From Hormiphora californensis (taxonomy: Eukaryota > Animalia > Ctenophora), in assembly GCA_020137815.1 (NCBI GenBank), contig CM035354.1:5518001-5582000 (forward strand): 64,000 nt of DNA, in the 5' to 3' direction. Under the pieces are notes generated by a model, which was given only the letters and a program-made list of their open reading frames with translations, was not told the origin of the DNA and searched no databases. Below are positions 55,788 to 64,000 of this stretch, piece after piece. Both the position numbers and the translations under genes were made by a program. Positions within the stretch are counted from its first letter, which is position 1. Every line of letters starts with the position of its first letter.

Positions 55788-57324
55788 CTAGAGAGTCACG
55801 TATATTCTGGAGGCAGCAACGAATGTGAAGACTATAGTTTGTCCGACCCCTAACAAGAATGCGTCTAGAGAGCTCATTGTAAAGTCCCCCGCTTGATAAA
55901 CAAACATTATCACCGCACCTGGGAGATGGGGTTTCAATTAATGACTTTGAGATGTTACTAGGGTTATTGCCACAACCCACACACACAATGTAGTAGTATT
56001 GTACTCTCTTGACTAAAGCAATGTCACAATTCACAAACAAAGTATTATTATTGAAATTGTATTCTCTAGACTCACTTGTTATAGTACCAGCAAAGAGAGG
56101 GGTTAGGAAGCCTGCTAGAAGAAATACAGGGACAGCGTACATTGCAATGGGATGACCGCCAAGACTGTACCAGGCAAGTAGGCCCGCCACTAAGTGAATC
56201 ACAAGACTGGATATCAAACACCAGATGAATATCTCTCTCCACATTCCTGGGGGTATGCTGATATTAGGGGAAGGGGGTATAACATGCTGATATTAGGGGA
56301 AGGGGGTATAACATGCTGATATTAGGGGAAGGGGGTATAACATGGTGATATTAGGGGAAGGGGGTATAACATGCTGATATTAGGGGAAGGGGTGACTGGG
56401 GAAGGGGTATAACATGCTGATATTAGGGGAAGGGGTATAACATGCTGATATTAGGGGAAGGGGGTATAACATGGTGATATTAGGGGAAGGGGGTATAACA
56501 TGCTGATATTAGGGGAAGGGGTGACTGGGGAAGGGGGTATAACATGCTGATATTAGAGGAAGGGGGTATAACATGCTGATATTAGGGGAAGGGGGTATAA
56601 CATGCTGATATTAGGGGAAGGGGGTATAACATGGTGAGATTAGAGGAAGGGGGTATAACATGGTGATATTAGAGGAAGGGGGTATAACATGCTGATATTA
56701 GGGGAAGGGGGTATAACATGCTGATATTAGGGGAAGGGGGTATAACATGGTGAGATTAGAGGAAGGGGGTATAACATGGTGATATTAGGGGAAGGGGGTA
56801 TAACATGGTGATATTAGAGGAAGGGGGTATAACATGGTGAGATTAGAGGAAGGGGATATAACATGCTGATATTAGGGGAAGGGGGTATAACATGGTGAGA
56901 TTAGAGGAAGGGGGTATAACATGCTGATATTAGGGGAAGGGGGTATAACATGCTGATATTAGGGGAAGGGGGTATAACATGGTGAGATTAGAGGAAGGGG
57001 GTATAACATGGTGATATTAGGGGAAGGGGGTATAACATGGTGATATTAGAGGAAGGGGGTATAACATGGTGAGATTAGAGGAAGGGGATATAACATGCTG
57101 ATATTAGAGGAAGGGGGTATAACATGCTATCAAAGATCACAAAATGAGGGTAACAAGTCGAAATTTGGTCATTTTGCCCTCATTTTGCGATCTTTGAAGC
57201 CTTGACTGCAATGCGAGTGCTGGTAAAATACTATTTATAGAAATGATCAGAAGATCAGTGTACTACCGTATGGTGTAGTTAGGTCCCCATTGGTAACTTG
57301 GATGTCAATATCAGTCCACCCCAT
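55788..57324 (-). CDS. TMEM170: TMEM170 family membrane protein, 3 coding exons (~57324-57267, 56246-56076, 55918-55788)
   Basis: MWREIFIWCLISS..IH..AG..A, GTITS|AVIMFVYQAG, GVGQT...SRIYVTL*. Confidence 0.9.
56250..57129. repeat. 29-bp intronic minisatellite AACATGCTGATATTAGGGGAAGGGGGTAT, ~30 copies
   Basis: Direct reading; abuts the TMEM170 acceptor. Confidence 0.95.
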
Positions 57325-58319
57325 CGTGAGGAGCTATAAAAAGTGCTACCTGTCAAAACATTGTACAATAATATTGCAACAAAATGTGAGGCGTACACTG
57401 TACTACGACTTGCATCTAGGGGTCACTGGTGAAACGGGAATTAATAATAATAATAAAAATAAATTGATTTTTATCAACCCACTGGACCCTGTTATTTGTC
57501 TAGCTAGACTGTGTTTCACGCGACATAACAACCTGTTACATATATGATATACGATTTATTATTTGTTGCCAAAACGTCATTCTTCATCAAACATTCAAAC
57601 AATAATTATGACTCATACTCATAATGTATCGGTCATGCTGGACTGTGTACCTGTACTTTATCAAATTGTACTTTTAGTTTTTACTCCAACTACAACTACA
57701 AGTTGATGAAGTACCCAGGTCCCAGGGGAGGCGATGCGGGCACACTTTTACTTCAGATCTTGATGAGAACAAGAGTTATTTACTAACGAGCTTTCGACAC
57801 TCTAACCTTACTATCTAACGCTCATTAAATCCCGTTCTATCCCGTTCGGCGAAGCGTGTGAAGCATGCGGCAGTGTTTTGTGAATGTGTGTGGCTCAAAT
57901 TGTCTTGGCAACCAAAAATAGTGACCAAATGTAGCGCTACCGGCTACCCTTCATATAGTTAGTATATCGGTCCAGTGGGTCTAGGAAAAGCTTTTAGGGT
58001 AAAAGAAGAGATGAAAATCGGAAAAAAAATGCTAAAAAGTGGGAAAATGACGTGATTTTTGATGAAAAATTGCTATAAATTGAAATTCAGAAAAAGATTT
58101 TAAAGCCGTGACAGAGATTTTTCCAGCGTGGGCGGATCCGAAGGATCCACCCGGATGAACGTTTTAGCACGTGTGCTAAAATATCATACAGGGTTTAGAA
58201 ATCTCAGTTAGGCACTGAACACCTGACCCACAAGCAGAGTGAGTTGTGCCGGTAACGCAAAAATTGCGGCCGTCTGCCAACACTGCAATATTCGATCATA
58301 CGGTCCCCGTGTGGGTTGG

Positions 58320-58520
58320 TAAGAGTTACAGTCACCCACGTTTTTGGCCATAACTCAGCCATTTTTTGGCCAAATTGCTTCATCATGGGCTCGTTGGAAA
58401 AAGGGCATTTAGATATTGCCAACGAACGAGCCGAAATGAAACAATTTGGCCAAAAAATGGCTAAGTTATGGCCAAAAACGTTTAAATTTGGTGCCAAAAA
58501 TGGGTGATTATAATTCTTAG
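58320..58520. mobile_element. Palindromic MITE-like element
   Basis: ACGTTTTTGGCCATAACT...AGTTATGGCCAAAAACGT hairpin. Confidence 0.65.
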
Positions 58521-58708
58521 TTCTTACCGTGTGGGTTGTGCCGAAAAATGAATAAATTAAATGCCTACACACTTAAAAAACTAATAAATATAAAAAGAAT
58601 CTCTCATTTCTATTAATTAATCAGAGGTTAACGGTCAACCGTTAACCGTTAAAGATTTTGTTTTTGTCGCGACAAAAACAAATCTCGCGTCGCGTCGGGC
58701 GCGATTAT

Positions 58709-58967
58709 AATCTGGGTGCCTTGCAGCGTGTTTACAGGTGCGCACTGCCAAAAAAGTACACCTAAAACCACTTAGACCGACTTTTTTCAAACGGCTATAG
58801 CCGCTGAACCACATGGCCGATTTGAGTAAACTAAACGGTATCTGATAGAGAATCGATAGCCCTAACCGATAACCCCAAACAAAACCCTAACCCGACCCTA
58901 ACAACAGCCCTAACCCGTCTCGACCGCCAAAATCGACGAATTGTTAGCAATGGAAGGCACCCAGATT
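58709..58967. mobile_element. Small TIR element
   Basis: AATCTGGGTGCCTT...AAGGCACCCAGATT. Confidence 0.55.
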
Positions 58968-59087
58968 TTAACGTTTTCCCGTCGCGTCGCGTCGCGCGAT
59001 CTCGAAATTTTTTGTGAAAGCCGGGGTTGCCGGTCCAATTAAAACGGAATAAAAATCAAGGTAATCAGTACATATAAGATTAATAAA

Positions 59088-62000
59088 TTAGATTAGATTA
59101 ATGTCATTGGTTAAACTACAAAACCGAGTCCATTTATTCCCCCTGAACCCCCTGATGGAAATGAGTACAGTTTTTAGGAGTGAGAAAGAAAGTCGTAGTC
59201 TGATATAACGCACGCTATCATTATAGGTATGCCCGGTTTTGTCGGCGAGACGGTTCGCAAGCTTCTTGTAAAATACCTCGGCTCTTGGACCCATGACCCC
59301 AGTTGTTGAGAAAACCAGTGGAGTGAAAGTTGCTTTCTCCACCTCAACTACTCGTGCATCATAATGAAGTACTTTTTCTCGCTCATGCCGCTTGATGGTG
59401 TTTTTGAGTGGCTGAGAAATGTTGTTTGTTGTTGTATGCGCCTCCGCTTCCAATCCTCTACTTGTGATTTTATCCCGTCCGGCAGCCAGTTCCTCACGCC
59501 CGAGAAGGACGGAGCTCAGGTTCCAGAGTTTCCTCTTTCCCCCGGGAGAGTTTTCTTCCTCCGTCTTATGTCCATGGTTTTGGAGATAAGGGTGGAATCG
59601 TCTCCCATAACTATCTTAACAGGTCCCATGAAGAGGACCGCACCAGCACTGTTTTCACATTGTGCCAGTCTCGGATATCTCCAGCGACCCTTGGTGAGTG
59701 GCATCTCAGCATTGATCGCTCTAGATGTGGCCTTGGCTAGGACAATTCGGACGCTCCATTGACTATGGCACCTTTGTAGATTTTGCGCTGCCAACCTCTG
59801 ATTTGTAATCAGTACTCCATGTGGGTTCATGGAACATCACTTTTTGTTCGTGATGCAGATGCAGCGTCCGGCCGTTCATGGGGTAGTTAGGGCAGGTTCC
59901 TTCCCAATTAACGGAACTCTGGCGTGTGAAATGTTTAGTGGGTTAGGTATCTATGTGCGTCACTCATAGAAATTTGTTTTGTAGCATGGGATAGTGGTTT
60001 GTTCTGTTTGTTGATCAGGTTTTTGTGGAGGCTTGTTTGTTGGTAGAGAGTGATGATGTTGGTTTGTTACCTTCATCGTTTGGGGGGTAATCGCCATTTG
60101 GGAATCTCCTACGCTTCTCATGGACTTTTGAAGAAGCGTAGGTAGTAGCGAGGCTACTGGTTAGTGTAGTTTCTCCCTGTTGGGCTACGGAAACACCCCT
60201 TGAGTTTATCTCGACCTCGGCGTGGGAATTTTGCCGAGAGTCGGTGGTAGCTAACCAGTTATGACCTAGCTTGTTAGACCTTTTATACCTGTCCAGAGGC
60301 TAGGTGGACAGAAGGTAGAGGGAGGCCAGTTGAGATTAGACCTCCTCCAGCCTGGACTTTTGCTGGAGGACGGGTTTTGGCCGGTATTTAGCCATCTACT
60401 TTGGCCCAGTGCACAAGGCTGGGGAGATGGTGTAATACCGGCCGGGGGTATCTCTATTCAGAGAGAGATGAGTCATGAGCGGATTAGAGAAAGGAAGAGA
60501 GAAAAACACACCACCCAAGGAGGGCAGCTCTGTTTCCTTGGAGTGGTATGTGAGATGCTCCAGGCAGTTCAATAGCTTCATGGTTTACCTCGGGGTATGC
60601 CGGGTCACCCCTGAAGATTCCCTGCCTGGTCTGTAGGACACTATTGCTATCTAAAAAATAGACATTAGCCGCGGCCTGCATCTCAAGGGCGAGGGAAGGA
60701 ATCTCACCCTCCTGAGAAATGTTAGTAGGTGCCAGGCTATTGAAGACTACGGAAACACCCCTTGAGTTTATCTCGACCTCGGCGTGGGAATTTTGCCGAG
60801 AGTCGGTGGTAGCTAACCAGTTATGACCTAGCTTGTTAGACCTTTTATACCTGTCCAGAGGCTAGGTGGACAGAAGGTAGAGGGAGGCCAGTTGAGATTA
60901 GACCTCCTCCAGCCTGGACTTTTGCTGGAGGACGGGTTTTGGCCGGTATTTAGCCATCTACTTTGGCCCAGTGCACAAGGCTGGGGAGATGGTGTAATAC
61001 CGGCCGGGGGTATCTCTATTCAGAGAGAGATGAGTCATGAGCGGATTAGAGAAAGGAAGAGAGAAAAACACACCACCCAAGGAGGGCAGCTCTGTTTCCT
61101 TGGAGTGGTATGTGAGATGCTCCAGGCAGTTCAAGAGCTTCATGGTTTACCCCGGGGTATGCCGGGTCACCCCTGAAGATTCCCTGCCTGGTCTGTAGGA
61201 TACTATTGCTATCTAAAAAATAGACATTAGCCGCGGCCTGCATCTCAAGGGCGAGGGAAGGAATCTCACCCTCCTGAGAAATGTTAGTAGGTGCCAGGCT
61301 ATTGAAGACTCGGATGTCAGTGAATACCATATCGAGGTCACTCCACACATTCCGGGCAGAAACATCCAAACGGGCACTGTTAACAGTGATAGCAGATTTG
61401 AATTGGAATGTTTCACCAGTTATGGGTAGGAGCTGCGGCTCAATACGGACGTCTTTGCAGCCGGCCTCCACGAGGATGTTAGCTGTGAGGTCTCGGATGT
61501 TATTATGCCGTAAATACACGTAACCTCCCACGGCACATGAAAGGCAGTGTTCGAGAGTGTTCGATTTTCCACACGCACAAACAGATGGTATGCCCTCAAA
61601 GGGTAAGTTGTAGCGTAGTAGCAGGGCATCTCTGAATTGCTGTTTATTCAGGACAAATCCGTGTTCCACCAAGGGCAGAGCAGTTAACCAGCTAGAGGCC
61701 CCTCTAGACGAGATCTCCTCGAATAATCGCTGGTCAAAGGTTGAAAGTAGTGCCCGGGTTTGTTCTTTTTCGGCATTCTGTGTAGATCGTTTTACTTTCA
61801 GGACTGCAGCCTTAGCTCCTTTCGCTTCCCACAGGAGGAGTTCCGAACGTTCTTCACTAATTAGGAGTTTTTGTTCCAGAATGAGATTTTTAAGAGGCTG
61901 GGTCGCCTGAGAAGAGTTTATGAACTCAGCAGCCGCCTGTTCTGTAGGAATCAAAATTCCGAGCCCACCATCACGTGCAGGGAGAGAGAAGAGAGCTCTG

Positions 62001-63950
62001 ATGTTGGGAGGGGTGTTTGGACCTATCAGGGCAGGGATAAAAGAATCCTTGATACAGGTCTCCAAGGGCGTAAAGAGTTCTGCAATCCCTGCAGTTGTTC
62101 TCATTAGAAATAACCACTTTTTAGATAAACCAAACGTATAACCACTGTAGGCACATTGTGGTTCACTAGTTGCAATTTCCGACAAAACTTTCAACTCCTT
62201 GCTCCATTCTTCTACTTTCTCAGAAACAAAGTTAGTTTTGAAGTCACTGGTCCCGATGGGTGATCCCAAGTATCGAACCCCTTCTGTTGTTATTATAACA
62301 TCAGTTCCAGCAAAAATGTCAATGGCTTTCTGTAGATATTGTTCTTTGACAAGGAGGATCGATTTCGAACCATTAGGGAGATATCCGTATCCCGGGCCCC
62401 GCTCACACAGTTTTTGCCACCACTCCCGGATTTTCATCAGTTTCCCAGCCGAAGCACCGTCGTCAGCATAAAACAGCTGAAAGTCCGAACATGATGACAA
62501 ATCCTCCATCAGGGGGCGAAGGGAAATGGCGTAAAAAGGTGCTGCTGCGTTATCTCCCTGGGTGGTTCCCTCACACGATAATACATATTCGCCATTGTAT
62601 AAAAATAGTTTAACTGGTGAGCGATAAAAATTGATAAAAAAAATAGAAAACTCTGGACATAGATATCTCATATTAATAAGACACGTGTTACGATTTAATA
62701 CATTAAAAGCATTAGAAGCGTCTGCACACAATACAGCTTCAGTTTCATCTCGCTCAAAATATTCATTCATAGCATGTATTGCTGCCTCGCAGCCTCCCTC
62801 TTGCCCAGCCGCAAGCTGCAGCGGACCAGCAGATAGAATAATTTCACTTCGGAGATGCTGGGTGACAGTACGTCCAATGATTCGTCGTAACACCTCACCG
62901 ATTCCAATGGGCCTCACCCCAGGGTTTTTGTTTAGTCCGATTAGCCTACAAGCCAGTAGTGAGGAAACGGTCGTGGGATCCACTAGCTCTGTACATAGTC
63001 TCCTTGTTAATCGGGCCAGACTAAAACTTAGGTTGTCGCCTTCTTTAGTAAATGCCTTGGAGCACAACATACGGGACCATAGCTCGGATGACATACCACT
63101 CGGTCCACAGCCGCCACGGGTGGATTTTGCAGCCCGTTTAATAGCAACACCATCGAGGCTGTCAAAAGTGGCATTCTCGAAACTGGGAGCAGGTACTGCA
63201 GACACGAGGTGTTTTCGGCTCAGGGGTGCAGCCGCAGGGTGTTTACTCTGGAGTTTCTCAATAAGGTCAGGAGTTACTTCTAGTGGAGCTGATTGGGATG
63301 TGCTGAGAAGACGCATGGCACTATTAACCCTTCCCGCCATCATAAGCCGTGCAAAACCCTTCCTAGTGCTTTCACTGTTCGATGAGCCAGAATTTAGCTT
63401 TTTCTGAATCGCTATCGACTCCGATAGTAATTCAGAGAAATTTCCCGCTTTCCATAGTTCCAGCCGTCTGCTCCAGCCGTCTGCTCAGAGCGTCTATTGA
63501 CCTCCGACACAAAAGATCGCCCAGCGTTACCTTTGGGTAGTTTAAATAGGTTCGGGCGCCAGGCTGCTGACAGTTCATTAAGAATCACCTGCCCTGAAAG
63601 ATCGCCCCACGTTGCTGTTAGTGGTGTCGCAGGTGAGAAGTCGGGAATACCGCGGCACAGTTGTGACAGTAATAGGGAGTCTCAGATGGAATATCCTGAA
63701 AGTCCGACTCTGATAGCCCTTCACAAGCAGCGTGGAACCAAACATCGCATTTCTCACACTGAATACAATCGAGACCGTCTTTGATCCAAAAGTCTACCTT
63801 ACAGGTAGGGCAAGGGTCTGCTGTTGACTCGTGTGGAGGGGTGTCTGGCGTTGGCGTAGTTGGACGTGGACAAGTTGAGGGAATGTTGGTTGCCTTGGCA
63901 GCTGTTGTCTTTCGCTTAGACTGCCTCCCTTTGCTCGTCCTTTCAGCCAT
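59088..63950 (-). mobile_element. Decayed CRE-like non-LTR retrotransposon: PHD finger - RT - CCHC - restriction-like endonuclease
   Basis: RT motifs GVRPIGIGEVLRR, DASNAFN, GTTQGD, YADD, YLG; CACG..EHCLSC, RHNNIRD, RLD..D, HEREK..Y, FTPLVFSTTG; frameshifts/deletions at 63460-63660; insertion in the endonuclease. Confidence 0.9.
59424..61273 (-). mobile_element. Non-coding retroposon-like insertion with (CAA)n tail and 12-bp TSD, containing a 562-bp tandem duplication
   Basis: TSD CTGAGAAATGTT at 59412-59423 and 61274-61285; removing the insert rejoins APTNISQ-PLKNTIKRHEREK; 60185-60746 repeats at 60747-61308 with ~3 differences. Confidence 0.8.
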
Positions 63951-64000
63951 TGCTGCACCTAAAGGTCCCCCCAAACTACTATGTCCCTTTCTGCGCGCGA

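Noticed and set aside
52012-57129. CRISPR-like arrays
   Set aside because: Head-to-tail minisatellites with no unique spacers and no cas genes; eukaryotic context
60611-60660. CTGAAGA as hammerhead ribozyme core
   Set aside because: No following stem II/GAAA could be built
62631-63407. 258-aa antisense ORF (and similar antisense ORFs over REV1, MFS and GPCR)
   Set aside because: Shadow frames of real coding sequence

Overview
Eukaryotic (animal) genomic DNA, not prokaryotic: spliceosomal GT-AG introns, (GA)n/(GTA)n microsatellites, many MITEs. Compact genes, intronless genes beside or inside intron-rich ones and divergent orphan GPCRs suggest a non-bilaterian marine invertebrate, possibly a ctenophore (inference only). 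Supported genes: an intronless SVOP-like MFS transporter, two related intronless orphan 7TM receptors, a small 2-EF-hand protein absent from the ORF track, and a minus-strand cluster TMEM170 > ANO8-like anoctamin > REV1 > NDR/STK38 kinase. A secreted poly-Arg/TSP1-repeat gene is nested antisense in an anoctamin intron. The right end holds a decayed CRE-like non-LTR retrotransposon (PHD-RT-CCHC-restriction-like endonuclease) split by a second retro-insertion. The non-coding DNA has 0.9-1.3 kb near-perfect palindromes, tRNA-derived SINEs and three families of ultra-short (32-85 bp) TSD-flanked elements. Most notable: the micro-elements, 15 tandem in-frame splice donors inside a fully open anoctamin intron, and the REV1/NDR arrangement implying a shared transcription unit. 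Stretches ~1-1500, ~6900-10800, ~30470-31800 and ~33800-36300 look like low-quality sequence. All exon models were made by hand and are unverified.
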